64,000 nt of DNA, taken from an uncultured Thermoprotei archaeon (GTDB lineage Archaea > Thermoproteota > Thermoprotei > Thermofilales > B15-G2). The DNA is taken from NCBI GenBank assembly GCA_965367815.1, contig CBDUKN010000004.1, forward strand, positions 64,001 through 128,000, given 5' to 3'. Of this stretch, positions 19,140 to 29,591 are shown piece after piece. The position numbers were made by a program, and so were the translations under genes. Within the stretch, counting starts at the first letter, position 1. Every line of letters begins with the position of its first letter. The notes below the pieces were generated by a model. That model was not told where the DNA came from, did no database searches, and saw nothing but the letters and a program-made list of their open reading frames with translations.

Positions 19140-20921
19140 ATGAAATACTCTATTTTGGCTGAGTTTTACGAGAAAATAGAGAAGACTACTAAACGTACTG
19201 CGATGACAACTTACTTAGTAGAGTTATTTAAGAAGACTCCGCCTGAAGTAATAGACAAAGTAGTTTATCTTACTCAAGGAAAACTTTACCCTGATTTCGT
19301 GGGAGTTGAATTGGGTGTTGCCGAAAAGCTTGCGATGAGAGCTTTATCAATAGTATCGGGTGCATCTATTAAAGAAATTGAAGCGATTTACAAAAAGGAA
19401 GGCGACATAGGGCTTACAGCTGAACGTGTGCTCGCTAGGAAGAAAACAGCATCTATTCTCGATTATTTTGGAGTCACGCAAACACAAAGAGAGCTCACAG
19501 TAGACAGAGTATACTCAACTTTAGATAGAATAGCTAAGGCTAAGGGAGAAGGGTCACAAGACGTGAAAATAAACCTTTTGGCGAGTCTTCTTCGCGATGC
19601 TTCTCCTAAGGAGGCCAAATACCTTTTAAGAACTATTACTGGAAGACTTCGTTTAGGAATAGCAGACATGACAATATTAGATGCCTTAGCTATAACATTC
19701 ACAGGCTCTAAGGCGAACAGAGACATTATTGAGAGAGCATACAATGTTCGTCCAGACTTAGGCTACATAGCCAAGGTATTGGCTACAGAAGGGCTTGAAG
19801 GGGTAAAGAGAATAAAGATAACAATAGGAATACCGGTTCAGCCAATGCTCGCTGAAAGACTAAGCAACCCAGTAGAGATTTTAGAAAAACTTGGAGGTGA
19901 GTGTATAGCTGAGTACAAGTATGATGGCGAGAGAATACAGGCCCATAAAAAGGGCGATGAAGTAGTCTTGTTTAGTAGAAGGCTTGAGAATATTACGCAT
20001 CATTATCCAGATGCATGTGAACTTATTAGAAAACATATAAAAGCTAAAGAAGCTATTATTGAAGGAGAATGTGTTGCTATAAATCCTGTTTCAGGTGAAA
20101 TGCTGCCTTTCCAGGAACTCATGCATAGAAGACGAAAGTATGATATAGAGGAGGCTATGAAGAAGTATCCGATTGCACTGTTTCTCTTCGACTGTCTCTA
20201 CGTAGATGGAGAGGACTTAACATTAAAGCCTTATCCTGTGAGACGAGAATTTTTGAAGAAAATAGTTGAAGAAGGAGAAAAAATAAAGCTAGCTATCTCG
20301 AAGCATATCAAGAGTCCTAAAGAGCTAGAAGAGTTCTTTGAAGAAGCCATATCCGAAGGCTGCGAAGGAATTATGTGTAAGTCTCTCAAAGACGACTCTA
20401 TTTACCAGATGGGAGCTAGAGGCTGGCTTTGGATTAAGTTCAAGAGAGACTATCGTTGTGAAATGACAGATACCGTAGATTTAGTAGTTGTTGGAGCATT
20501 TTACGGTAAAGGAAAAAGAGCAGGAACGTATGGAGCACTGCTCATGGCCGCTTATGATCCTTCGGCAGATATGTTCAGAACAGTCTGTAAAGTAGGTAGC
20601 GGTTTTACAGACGAAGATTTAGAAAAACTACCCGAGATACTTGACCCATATAAAATACCTCATAAGCATCCCAGAGTAGATTCTAAAATAGAGGCCGATG
20701 TATGGTTCGTACCTGCAGTCGTACTGGAAATAATGGGTGCTGAAATAACTTTAAGTCCACTACATACGTGCGCTTATGGAGTTATTAAAAGTAGCGCAGG
20801 CTTAGCTATAAGATTCCCTAGATTTACTGGCAGGTATCGATTTGATAAAAAGCCTGAGCAAGCTACTACTGTTGACGAGCTAGTAGAAATGTACAGAGCG
20901 CAGCGCAAGACAGCAGCCTAA
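19140..20921 (+). CDS. lig: ATP-dependent DNA ligase
   Basis: EYKYDGER, EGE, EGIMCK, WIKFKRDY, IRFPRF. Confidence 0.98.
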   Translation: MKYSILAEFYEKIEKTTKRTAMTTYLVELFKKTPPEVIDKVVYLTQGKLYPDFVGVELGVAEKLAMRALSIVSGASIKEIEAIYKKEGDIGLTAERVLARKKTASILDYFGVTQTQRELTVDRVYSTLDRIAKAKGEGSQDVKINLLASLLRDASPKEAKYLLRTITGRLRLGIADMTILDALAITFTGSKANRDIIERAYNVRPDLGYIAKVLATEGLEGVKRIKITIGIPVQPMLAERLSNPVEILEKLGGECIAEYKYDGERIQAHKKGDEVVLFSRRLENITHHYPDACELIRKHIKAKEAIIEGECVAINPVSGEMLPFQELMHRRRKYDIEEAMKKYPIALFLFDCLYVDGEDLTLKPYPVRREFLKKIVEEGEKIKLAISKHIKSPKELEEFFEEAISEGCEGIMCKSLKDDSIYQMGARGWLWIKFKRDYRCEMTDTVDLVVVGAFYGKGKRAGTYGALLMAAYDPSADMFRTVCKVGSGFTDEDLEKLPEILDPYKIPHKHPRVDSKIEADVWFVPAVVLEIMGAEITLSPLHTCAYGVIKSSAGLAIRFPRFTGRYRFDKKPEQATTVDELVEMYRAQRKTAA

Positions 20922-21457
20922 GTGTAACTTTTTTCCTTAGCTAACTTTTCTAAAGTCCACTTGAAAGTATTTCTTATTTCTCTTAAACGAGAATCGGTTC
21001 TGTAGTTGTAAACAATTACTTTCTTCACTAAGCCTTCTTCATCTTTTTCAATTTCGTATCTCAACACTTCATCGACAGTGAGGTCTCCTCTATCTAGAGC
21101 TTCTTCATCTTCTTTTTGCATGCCTCCAAGAATTCTTTTTATGAAGAATGTTGAGAAAGGAATATCTGTGGATTTAAATGGAACATAAGGCAGTAACTCA
21201 ACTTTATCCTTATAGATAGTTATTCTCCCTAATTCTCTTCCTTTTTTATCTCTAATAAAGTATTCTCTTAATGGCTTTTCTTCAACGCTTACTTTTGTTT
21301 TTATTAAATCAGCAGCAGATTTGAAACTTTTTTCGCTTAATGTTCTATCTATTAATTTTAATATTAACTGAAATAGCTCTAGTTCAGTCTTAAGTTCTTC
21401 TATTCTTTTCTCTATAATTTTTCTGATTTCAACTAGCTGCTTTATTTCCTCATCCAC
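20918..21457 (-). CDS. Hypothetical protein (N-terminal coiled coil, FxxA motif)
   Basis: Charged coiled coil, then SFKSAADL, then a globular domain; convergent on lig. Confidence 0.75.
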   Translation of the reverse strand: MDEEIKQLVEIRKIIEKRIEELKTELELFQLILKLIDRTLSEKSFKSAADLIKTKVSVEEKPLREYFIRDKKGRELGRITIYKDKVELLPYVPFKSTDIPFSTFFIKRILGGMQKEDEEALDRGDLTVDEVLRYEIEKDEEGLVKKVIVYNYRTDSRLREIRNTFKWTLEKLAKEKSYT

Positions 21458-21468
21458 TTTCTCATATA

Positions 21469-22167
21469 ATGTTAGGCAAATACATATTTAAGGTAATTGG
21501 CTTTTCATTTGTTGTGATAAAGTGTGTCATATTTGATTTCGATCAAACTCTGGTAGATACTCTTGGTAGATTTTATAAAGTATATAATAGTACTCTTAAA
21601 TTATTTGGATTGAATGAAATTTCTTGGAAGGACTTTATAAAAAGCTACGCTGAAGATACTTTAGATGAATACGTTCCTGCAGAACTGAGAGAGAAGTTTT
21701 GGAGAATATTTTTAGAGAAATATGGTGATTTTTTAGGCGAAATTAAACCTATTGAGGGATCTGAGTATTGTTTAAAGTATCTCAAGGCAGTGGGATTAAC
21801 AGTAGTAGTCACTACAGGTAGAAGAGCCCCTAATTCAGAGCTTATATTCGAGCTTGTGAGGGCAGGATTTATACACTATGTAGACTATGTTTTCACAGCT
21901 GAAGGTATAATGTTCAAGAATCATGTCTTTAATAAAGTTTGTTTATTGAAAAAAGTTTTAAATGAATTGATGCTTAATGTAGATGATGTTCTATTTGTAG
22001 CCGACTACAGGGCAGATGTTCTGGCTGCAAGAAAACTTGGTGTAGCTATAGTTGCGGTTGAAACAGGACTAGAAGATCCTCGCCTACTTAAAGAACTTGG
22101 AGCACTTGCTGTTCTGCCTTCAGTAAAAGAACTACCTCCCCTTTTAGAAGCTTCAAAACTTATTTAA
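21469..22167 (+). CDS. HAD-IA hydrolase (phosphoglycolate phosphatase-like); true start probably near 21514
   Basis: IFDFDQTLVDT, VTTGR, FVADY..D. Confidence 0.85.
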   Translation: MLGKYIFKVIGFSFVVIKCVIFDFDQTLVDTLGRFYKVYNSTLKLFGLNEISWKDFIKSYAEDTLDEYVPAELREKFWRIFLEKYGDFLGEIKPIEGSEYCLKYLKAVGLTVVVTTGRRAPNSELIFELVRAGFIHYVDYVFTAEGIMFKNHVFNKVCLLKKVLNELMLNVDDVLFVADYRADVLAARKLGVAIVAVETGLEDPRLLKELGALAVLPSVKELPPLLEASKLI

Positions 22168-22189
22168 TACTTAGTTCGGTAATTTTAAT

Positions 22190-23113
22190 GTGATATTGAG
22201 CATAGGTAATGCTAATCTGGACTATTTCTTTGTGGTTGATCGTATGCCTAAGGGAGATGAAGAAGTAGAGGCGCTGGATTTTTATGTAGAGCCGGGTGGG
22301 TCGGCGTCGAACTTTGCTGTTGCAGTAGCTAAACTAGGCGAAAAAGCGGGTATTTTATGTTGCGTAGGAGACGATAATGCGGGAGAGTTCTTGATAAGAA
22401 GCTTTGAAAGAGAAAATGTAGATACATCACTTATTAGGGTGCTAGAGGGAGTTAATACAGGTAGAGTGTTTGTAATTCTTGCTAAAGGAGAAAAATACAT
22501 GATAGCGTTTCGTGGCGCTAACAGATATTTATCTGCAGATATAATTACTGAAGAAAAATTAAGTAGTGTAACACACGTTCATGTCAGTGGAGGACGTATA
22601 GAAGTGGCTGAAAAAGCATTTAGAGTAGCAAAAGAAGCCGTTAATGCAGCAACATCGTATGACCCCGGAAGCGTTAATGCGAAAAAAGGACTGAGTTGTT
22701 TAGAGAGAGTGATTTCATTAACGGATATACTTTTTCTTAATACTCATGAGCTAAAATACTTGCTTAAAGGGAATGATCTAGGCAAGCTTTTTAGCATTAA
22801 TCCTGAGATAATTATAGTCATTAAAAGGGGGTCTAAAGGGTCTGAAGTAGTGACGTCCACGGGGTCTGAGTCTGCTGCAGCATTTAAAGTACAGGTCGTA
22901 GATGTAACGGGAGCTGGAGATGCTTTTGATGCAGGATTTTTAGTAGGATATAGAAGAAATCTTCGCCTGAAGGAATGCTTGATATTTGCAAACGCTGTGG
23001 CGGGAATAAAGGTTACTAGAAGAGGTGCTAGAAGCAGTCCTACTCTCTCTGAAGTAGTAGAGTTTTTAAGAGAGAAAGGACTATCACACTTAGCTGAAAA
23101 GGTGAGAACTTGA
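22190..23113 (+). CDS. PfkB family carbohydrate/nucleoside kinase
   Basis: PGGSASN, VGDD..G, DVTGAGDAF. Confidence 0.92.
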   Translation: MILSIGNANLDYFFVVDRMPKGDEEVEALDFYVEPGGSASNFAVAVAKLGEKAGILCCVGDDNAGEFLIRSFERENVDTSLIRVLEGVNTGRVFVILAKGEKYMIAFRGANRYLSADIITEEKLSSVTHVHVSGGRIEVAEKAFRVAKEAVNAATSYDPGSVNAKKGLSCLERVISLTDILFLNTHELKYLLKGNDLGKLFSINPEIIIVIKRGSKGSEVVTSTGSESAAAFKVQVVDVTGAGDAFDAGFLVGYRRNLRLKECLIFANAVAGIKVTRRGARSSPTLSEVVEFLREKGLSHLAEKVRT

Positions 23114-24009
23114 ATAAGATAATAGTCTCGGGCTCCTCTGCTAGAGCACTAGCACTCAAAGTATCTAAGCTAAGTGGAGTAGATTACGTTGAAGTTCAGA
23201 CAAAGAAGTTTCCTGACAACGAGAAGTATGTGAGAATATTAGGCGACGTCGAGGGGAAAACTGTTTTTGTTATTCAAAGCATGGGCAGGGCTCCTGATGA
23301 ATATCTGCTAGAGTACTTCTTGTTGGTAGATGCTTTAAAAGACTTAGGAGCTAAGAAAGTTATAGGCTTAATACCTTATTTCGCTTATGCGAGACAAGAT
23401 CAGAGATTTAAGCCAGGGGAAGCACTTAGTATAAAGACAGTGAGCCGGCTCATTGAGTTTGTCGGCACAGATAAACTATATACTATAGACTGCCACAGAC
23501 ATCGTGTAAAAGAAGCAGAATTCAGAGAACTGGTCAAAATACCTGTTGTAGATTTATCGGCAATGCCTCTTCTCGCGGAATATATCAAAAAGAATTATGA
23601 ACTGGAAAATCCAATAGTTATGGGCCCGGATGCAGAGGCTATTGGGTGGGCGCGAAAAGCTGCCGAAGTGTTTAACTGCGAGTATGATGTACTAGAGAAG
23701 AAGAGAATAAGCGAGAGAGAAGTAGAAATAAAGCCCCGTAAACTCGATGTAAACGGAAGAGATGTAGTCATAGTAGACGATATAATAAGCACTGGTGGAA
23801 CCATGGTTGAGGCGATAAAGGTTATAAAGAAAGAAGGTGCTAGAAAAGTAATTGTTGCGTGCACGCACCCTATATTAGTAGAAGACGCGCTAGCTAAAAT
23901 ATACGCCACAGGAGTATTTGATGTGATAGGTACAGACACCGTACCTAGCCCAATTAGCGTGGTTTCTGTTGCTCCATTACTCGCTGAAGTTGTTAAGTCA
24001 GAACAATAA
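23110..24009 (+). CDS. prs: Ribose-phosphate pyrophosphokinase
   Basis: FPDNE, PYFAYARQD, VDDIISTGGT. Confidence 0.95.
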   Translation: MNKIIVSGSSARALALKVSKLSGVDYVEVQTKKFPDNEKYVRILGDVEGKTVFVIQSMGRAPDEYLLEYFLLVDALKDLGAKKVIGLIPYFAYARQDQRFKPGEALSIKTVSRLIEFVGTDKLYTIDCHRHRVKEAEFRELVKIPVVDLSAMPLLAEYIKKNYELENPIVMGPDAEAIGWARKAAEVFNCEYDVLEKKRISEREVEIKPRKLDVNGRDVVIVDDIISTGGTMVEAIKVIKKEGARKVIVACTHPILVEDALAKIYATGVFDVIGTDTVPSPISVVSVAPLLAEVVKSEQ

Positions 24010-24033
24010 ATTTCATGAGGCAGGTGAGTTTAT

Positions 24034-24351
24034 GTGAGAAAATGTACTCCTCTATGCCCGCACTTTAGATGTCAAAGAAATGCCCTAACTTTCCGGAAAA
24101 GCCCTAGAGGAAGAACTATTGCATGGTGTACTTTTGCTGACGACTTATGTCAAGGCTATAGGTGTATGTTTGCCCAGTGCTCAGTGCATGCTCTTAATCC
24201 GAGCACTGGCGAATGCTTGATAACTCTCCGCTCTAAGAAGAGAAAAGCCGAGAAGTCTATAGAGGAAGAAGCCCGATTATTAGATGAAGAATACATGCGT
24301 ATTAAAGATAAGCTCAAGCGACTCGGAGGAAGGCTCGAGGACATAGAGTGA
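24034..24351 (+). CDS. Small Cys-rich (metal-binding) hypothetical protein
   Basis: 8 Cys (CxPxCPxFxC..WC....CxGxxCxxAxC..C); SD AGGTGA. Confidence 0.75.
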   Translation: MRKCTPLCPHFRCQRNALTFRKSPRGRTIAWCTFADDLCQGYRCMFAQCSVHALNPSTGECLITLRSKKRKAEKSIEEEARLLDEEYMRIKDKLKRLGGRLEDIE

Positions 24352-24355
24352 TAAA

Positions 24356-25588
24356 TTGAGATTTTCGTTCAGAGAATACATTTTTCTAAAAGAGAGTATT
24401 CTGCGGAAATTAGAAAGTAAGCTTTCCAGAGAGTCAAAAAATAAAGCTAGGAGCGATTGGCACGCCAAACGTAAGCCAAGGCCTTGCGGTATGACTATTC
24501 ATCCAGCGCTGGGCTGCAGTAACAGATGCCTATACTGCTACATTCAAGACATGGGATTTGATTTCACTGAATCTAGACCCTATGCTCTAAGTGGAGATGA
24601 ACTTGTCTATGCTCTACTCTCGAATAAGTATTTTGTGCCCGGGCCCTATGGTACATATCTAGCTTTCGGAAGTGTAACAGAGCCTTTTTTAAGCAAGGAA
24701 ATAACGAGTAAAACTATAGACTATTTACTATCCGCAGCCAGGCTTCTCGGCAACCCTATGCAGATCTCGACAAAAAGCAATGTATCTTCTGAAGTAGTGT
24801 CGAACATTAAGCGAGCAATTAAAGGAGCTTCGCTGAGTGTTTTAGTAACTGTACTGACCTTAAATGAAGAAAAAAGTAAAATTATTGAGCCCAGAGTTCC
24901 CTCTCCTGAAAAGAGACTTGAAACAATAAAGTTTTTTGCAAAAGAGGGATTTACGGTGTTTGTTTTCTATAGACCAATCATACCCAGTTTTCTCTCTACT
25001 GATGACTTTGAAGACGTTGTAAGTGAGGCTAAAAGATACGGAGCAGCAGGAGTAGTTATTGGAGGGCTGAGAATAACGCCGAATATAGTTAGCAGGTTAA
25101 GTAAAGCTGGAATAAATGTGTCTGAAATATTGCGAAGAGCTAAAGAGAAGCCTACTGCTACTAAACAAGTTTCTGTAAACGTAAGTGATTATAAAAAAGA
25201 GTTTTTGGTTATAGCAAAAGAAAAAGGTTTGTATTCACTTAAATCGGCTTGCTGTGCAAATACTATCAGTTATCTCCTTCAGAAGCACGAAATTATTCCT
25301 TGTGCGGGGCTCTGCTATGCAACAGGTATGTGCGCTGACTGCGGTATACAGTGCTACAAAATGGTTCCAGAAGTACTTGAAGAAGATATCGTATATGCTT
25401 TAAATAACTTGATAAAACTGAATTACAAGCCTGAGATTTTGGTGAAAAAATATAGTATTGGAATTTACTTAGATAAGAGAAGCTTGAGACGGGCCAAGAA
25501 AGAAGATATAACTAAGGTCATGAATGTTATTTACCGTAGAAAAGTAGTGCTAAAGCTTAAATCCGCACTTAACACAAACTTTAGCTAA
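24356..25588 (+). CDS. Radical SAM protein, SplB-like
   Basis: GCSNRCLYCY, GSVTEPF, STK, RPIIP; extra C-terminal Cys cluster. Confidence 0.85.
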   Translation: MRFSFREYIFLKESILRKLESKLSRESKNKARSDWHAKRKPRPCGMTIHPALGCSNRCLYCYIQDMGFDFTESRPYALSGDELVYALLSNKYFVPGPYGTYLAFGSVTEPFLSKEITSKTIDYLLSAARLLGNPMQISTKSNVSSEVVSNIKRAIKGASLSVLVTVLTLNEEKSKIIEPRVPSPEKRLETIKFFAKEGFTVFVFYRPIIPSFLSTDDFEDVVSEAKRYGAAGVVIGGLRITPNIVSRLSKAGINVSEILRRAKEKPTATKQVSVNVSDYKKEFLVIAKEKGLYSLKSACCANTISYLLQKHEIIPCAGLCYATGMCADCGIQCYKMVPEVLEEDIVYALNNLIKLNYKPEILVKKYSIGIYLDKRSLRRAKKEDITKVMNVIYRRKVVLKLKSALNTNFS

Positions 25589-25984
25589 AGTCATTTTTGA
25601 CCCGCATTTTGGACAGATGAAGGGATATTTTTTACCGCATTTAGGACATACTAATGAGTTTTCTTCCATGGGTGCGCCGCAGTAAATGCATATGCTTGGC
25701 ACAAAGTTGATGTATTTTTTACTTAAATATGCTTGTGTAAATTTTTCTTCATTGTAAATAAGGTAGTATCCTAGTTTTCCTCTGAGGGCAGCGTTTAGGT
25801 CTTTTAAAACCTTTTCTTTTATGTCTTCATTTGGAAGCAGATACTTTGCTCTAATAGTGTCTAATCCTATGTCACTAGATACTTCAATAGAGGCATTAAG
25901 TCTTGATAAAGAATACTTTTCTTCGAGAATTTCTTTTATCTTACTGAATTCTCTCCTAGGGACTATCACTTCGAGTACTTTCAC
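25550..25984 (-). CDS. Double zinc-ribbon domain protein
   Basis: CIYCG, CPKCG twice, CVKCG. Confidence 0.8.
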   Translation of the reverse strand: MKVLEVIVPRREFSKIKEILEEKYSLSRLNASIEVSSDIGLDTIRAKYLLPNEDIKEKVLKDLNAALRGKLGYYLIYNEEKFTQAYLSKKYINFVPSICIYCGAPMEENSLVCPKCGKKYPFICPKCGSKMTLAKVCVKCGFKL

Positions 25985-26019
25985 TAAAATTAAATACTGA
26001 AAATAAAGTTAATAAGTGT

Positions 26020-26310
26020 ATGGTATTTAGGCTCAGGGACTTCTTCAACAAAATTAAGTGGGATTCTAGAGAAAATCCTGGAGACTACGTAGTAATATTT
26101 CTTTCGAGAGGAGCTCCTGGAGACCGTGAAGAGGTATCGCTAGATCGCTTAATTAAGGTGTATCACAGAGGCTTTGAGGTACTCTCAGATAGAGGTGTAA
26201 AGTATATACCTTTTCACCGGGTTATAAGGATAGTTAATGTTAAAGAAGGAAAAATAATTTTTAGTAGTCCGAGACTTGATAAACGGGATGACGAGGCTCG
26301 AAAGGGATGA
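26020..26310 (+). CDS. DUF504 / MJ1316-type RNA repair-associated domain protein
   Basis: LRDFFNKIKWD...YIPFHRVIRI. Confidence 0.85.
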   Translation: MVFRLRDFFNKIKWDSRENPGDYVVIFLSRGAPGDREEVSLDRLIKVYHRGFEVLSDRGVKYIPFHRVIRIVNVKEGKIIFSSPRLDKRDDEARKG

Positions 26311-26339
26311 TCTGATGATTACCCCGCGCAGGGCTGACC
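26286..26339 (+). ncRNA. C/D box guide sRNA
   Basis: C AUGACGA; guide GGCUCGAAAGGG; D' AUGA; C' UGAUGA; guide UUACCCCGCGCAGGG; D CUGA; GG/CC terminal pairs. Confidence 0.8.
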
Positions 26340-26774
26340 TTACTCTACTCTTATTTCGTGACCATAGCTCTTTTTCGGCAGGTCTAGAATCAGTATTCCT
26401 CTCTTAAAGGTCGCTGAAGCTTTTTTCGGGTCTATTTCATGAGGCAATCTGATAACTTTCCTGTATGCAGAGAACTCTGTTTTCTTGATGTTTGAAAGAA
26501 GATCCGAGGTACTCACTTTACGATACATTTGTGCTTCAACAATAACTGTGTCTTCAGTGAGCTTGATGTTAATATTGTTCTTGTCTCTTACATAGGGTAA
26601 GTCTATTGTCACTATGTAGCGGTCAGGTAATTCTCTTACTTCAGCGAGCGGCTCTATGCATTCAGTCCAATGGTCTCCCATTAGCTCTTCTGCAAATTGC
26701 CGCTCTATATATTCTACGAACTCATCTACTTCTCTTTTAAGTCTCCTAATTATTTCGAAGAACTCGTAGGACAT
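26340..26774 (-). CDS. Small heat-shock protein Hsp20
   Basis: IEPL.EV, IDLPYV, ATFKRGIL.L.LPK; SD GAGGTGA before ATG 26774. Confidence 0.9.
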   Translation of the reverse strand: MSYEFFEIIRRLKREVDEFVEYIERQFAEELMGDHWTECIEPLAEVRELPDRYIVTIDLPYVRDKNNINIKLTEDTVIVEAQMYRKVSTSDLLSNIKKTEFSAYRKVIRLPHEIDPKKASATFKRGILILDLPKKSYGHEIRVE

Positions 26775-26787
26775 TATCTCACCTCTG

Positions 26788-27543
26788 CTATACATATGTT
26801 AAGGGAGGAGTATATTCGTATGATTTTTGAGCATGTTTAAATGTTTCAATAGTTCTTTTCATGAGTTCTTTCAGCTTAATTCTATACTCTTCTTCCTGCT
26901 CTACTAGGGGCTTTAAATCTATATCTATGTTGAAGATTTTACTAAATGTTTCTAAAACTGATGCTGCGGCTCCTGGGTCAGGATACTGTAAGTGAGATTC
27001 TGCAAGTAGAGCGATACATGATGTTTTCTTTTTCATTCGTTCCTTGAGTAGAAGTGCATAGTATCCTGCCATAAATCCCTCTTTAAGGAGTTTGACATTG
27101 TTTTTTCTTAGAAAGTCTCTGTCTTCTTCTGTTGCTCCAATGCCATAAACTTTTGGTTTTTCTATATCAATTCTATTTGGCACAGGGATTCCTCCAAAAG
27201 TAATTACTGTTTTGACGGCTTTTTCCTCAGCCCAGTCGGCGATTCTTTTGGCTAAGTGACGTAGAGCTTCAAGAGGTAGAGCTATTTCTGATAAAACTAC
27301 TGTTAAATTATCTTTAATATATATTCTCACTGGCGAAAGAGGACGTTCTTTATGGAGGACTATTATAGGAGGGAAAAGTGCTGAATCAAGATATCCAGCA
27401 TATTTCATGTCTAACTTTTCTACGAGATATGAGGAAGCTATAGCTCCTACAAGCCCTACATCCGGCAGGCAGTTGATTAATATAGAATTTTTTGGTATTT
27501 TTTCTTCCTCAACAATGAGGATTTTTTCCATACAATTGTACAC
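26788..27543 (-). CDS. Proteasome assembly chaperone (PAC2 family)
   Basis: PDVGLVG.IA, PDPGAAA, penultimate Tyr (LTYV). Confidence 0.9.
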   Translation of the reverse strand: MYNCMEKILIVEEEKIPKNSILINCLPDVGLVGAIASSYLVEKLDMKYAGYLDSALFPPIIVLHKERPLSPVRIYIKDNLTVVLSEIALPLEALRHLAKRIADWAEEKAVKTVITFGGIPVPNRIDIEKPKVYGIGATEEDRDFLRKNNVKLLKEGFMAGYYALLLKERMKKKTSCIALLAESHLQYPDPGAAASVLETFSKIFNIDIDLKPLVEQEEEYRIKLKELMKRTIETFKHAQKSYEYTPPLTYV

Positions 27544-27588
27544 TAGTTGAGAGATAATAAAACTTTTTGTTGAAATCTTTTGGTACGC

Positions 27589-28275
27589 TTAAGATTTTTT
27601 CTTATCCGTTAGATACCCGTCGATTCCGGGATACTTTGTGTCTAAGATTTCTATAATTTTCTTAATTCTCTCTGAACCGAGGCCTACTTTTCTAAGTTCA
27701 TAAGGATGAGCTGTGAAAAATTTTCTTGGACAACCAAAAAACTCAAGGATTCTTTCAGCTAATGCCGGCCCTATTCCAGGAATAGCTGTAAGTAGGCCTA
27801 TTTGGGCGTCCTTTACAGTTTTGTATATTTTAATATGTTTAGTTTTAACTGATATCGCTTTGACCGAATTTTTCTGTTTTTTCTGAGCTTTACGTAATAG
27901 GGATAGAATTACGTAAGCTGTTTCTTCTTGGTCACTAGTGTACACCACAGGAACTTTTAGCAGAGCAAGCGAAGCTAAAGCACCTAAAATCTGTTGTTTT
28001 TTCACGAGGCGGTCTTCTAGAACTGAATCTATGTTTCCCTCTATAATTACTATTGGATTTTCGTAATACTTTTTCATATATGTTATTTGTTTGAATAAAC
28101 GTTTATCTATTATTGAGTTTATAAAGTCGTTGGCAGTTTTTCTTTCTACTATAATGTCGTCTGAAATTAAGTAATCTCCTACGGGTAGTCTTTTGACTTC
28201 TACATATACTTTCATTTTTCTAAGATAGTCTATAACTCCACTACTCTCCTCTCTGTCGTCAGCTATGACTTTCAT
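27589..28275 (-). CDS. xpf: XPF/ERCC4 structure-specific endonuclease (short form)
   Basis: GDY...VERK...D, HhH IPGIG. Confidence 0.92.
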   Translation of the reverse strand: MKVIADDREESSGVIDYLRKMKVYVEVKRLPVGDYLISDDIIVERKTANDFINSIIDKRLFKQITYMKKYYENPIVIIEGNIDSVLEDRLVKKQQILGALASLALLKVPVVYTSDQEETAYVILSLLRKAQKKQKNSVKAISVKTKHIKIYKTVKDAQIGLLTAIPGIGPALAERILEFFGCPRKFFTAHPYELRKVGLGSERIKKIIEILDTKYPGIDGYLTDKKKS

Positions 28276-28286
28276 AGGATTACGCC

Positions 28287-29519
28287 TTAGCTCTGTTGTT
28301 TTTTACCTCTTCCTAGTCTTATGTGTGACTCAGCGAGCTGTCTTGTAGCTAGAACCGCTAATAAGTTTAGTTCGCCTGCCAGAACCGCCGAAGCTATAAT
28401 CTCGGCTAACTTAATAGCATTTGTTCCAGGAGGGTCTCCGGAGCCTTCACAGCCTAATAGTCGAAGAGCCTCTCTTTGAGTAGGAAGTCTTGTACCTCCA
28501 CCCACTGTTCCTACTTCAAGCGAGGGAAGAGTTACACTGATGTAGAGACTTTTGCCCCGCACTTCTGTCCACGTTATACCCATAGAGCTTTCAACTATTT
28601 GGGCGCAGTCTTGTCCTGTTGCTATATAAATAGCGGCGATAATATTGGCTATATGTGCATTAAAGCCTAATGATACTGCTCTCGCGGAGCCTAGGAGATT
28701 TTTCCTAACGTTTACTTCGTGTATGGCTTCAGCTGTAGTGTGTAAAACCTTATTTAGCACATCTTCACTTATTTCTGCCTCAGCGACTACAGTTTTGCCT
28801 CTTCCCAGAAGAAAGTTTACTGCGCATGGTTTTTTGTCTACACACATATTTCCACTTATTGCTATGCATTCTGCACCCGGATAGTGTTCCTCTATGTACT
28901 TTACTGCTTGAGTTGTAGCTATAGTGACCATGTTCATGCCCATGGCGTCTCCTGTCTTAAACTTGAATCTAAGCCAAACATTGTTGCCTGCTATGAAGGG
29001 CTCTATACCTATAAGTTTCCCATGCCTAGTTGTGCGCTCAGCTTCGTGTTTTATTTCCTCGAAATGCTCATTAATCCAGTTAATGAAGTCTATCGCTTTG
29101 ACAACTGAAGATAGCTTAAAAAGAGGAGCTCGAGTCATGTTGTCGCTAATCACTCTCGCCCGCGCTCCTCCAGAGAGAGTTATAGCTTTGCATCCTCTAT
29201 TGATCGAAGCTATTAAAGCTCCTTCGGTTGTTGCAAGGGGTATATAGTACTCTCCTTTAGCATATTCACCCTTTACGAGAAGAGGTCCTGCTACCCCTAA
29301 AGGTATTTGAGTTACTCCTATTGTATTTTCGCAATTTCTGCCTACTACTGTATTAAAGTCTATGGAGTATGTACCTATATTAGTGAGGTCTACCGAAAGC
29401 TTTATTTCGAGAAATTTTTTTCGATACTTTGTTGCTTTGTTGGAGTCCCCAAGTATTTTATCTAGTTCATGAAGTTTAATAGTGCCGGTCAATAACTTGT
29501 TCAATATCTCGTCTGTCAT
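28287..29519 (-). CDS. hmgA: Hydroxymethylglutaryl-CoA reductase (class I, NADPH)
   Basis: [29 protein letters not shown]. Confidence 0.97.
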   Translation of the reverse strand: MTDEILNKLLTGTIKLHELDKILGDSNKATKYRKKFLEIKLSVDLTNIGTYSIDFNTVVGRNCENTIGVTQIPLGVAGPLLVKGEYAKGEYYIPLATTEGALIASINRGCKAITLSGGARARVISDNMTRAPLFKLSSVVKAIDFINWINEHFEEIKHEAERTTRHGKLIGIEPFIAGNNVWLRFKFKTGDAMGMNMVTIATTQAVKYIEEHYPGAECIAISGNMCVDKKPCAVNFLLGRGKTVVAEAEISEDVLNKVLHTTAEAIHEVNVRKNLLGSARAVSLGFNAHIANIIAAIYIATGQDCAQIVESSMGITWTEVRGKSLYISVTLPSLEVGTVGGGTRLPTQREALRLLGCEGSGDPPGTNAIKLAEIIASAVLAGELNLLAVLATRQLAESHIRLGRGKKQQS

Positions 29520-29591
29520 TATAGAAAATCACAACTATAGTAGATTTAAGTTTTTTTAGCTATTTTTATAAGGCATAGAGAAGCATGAATA

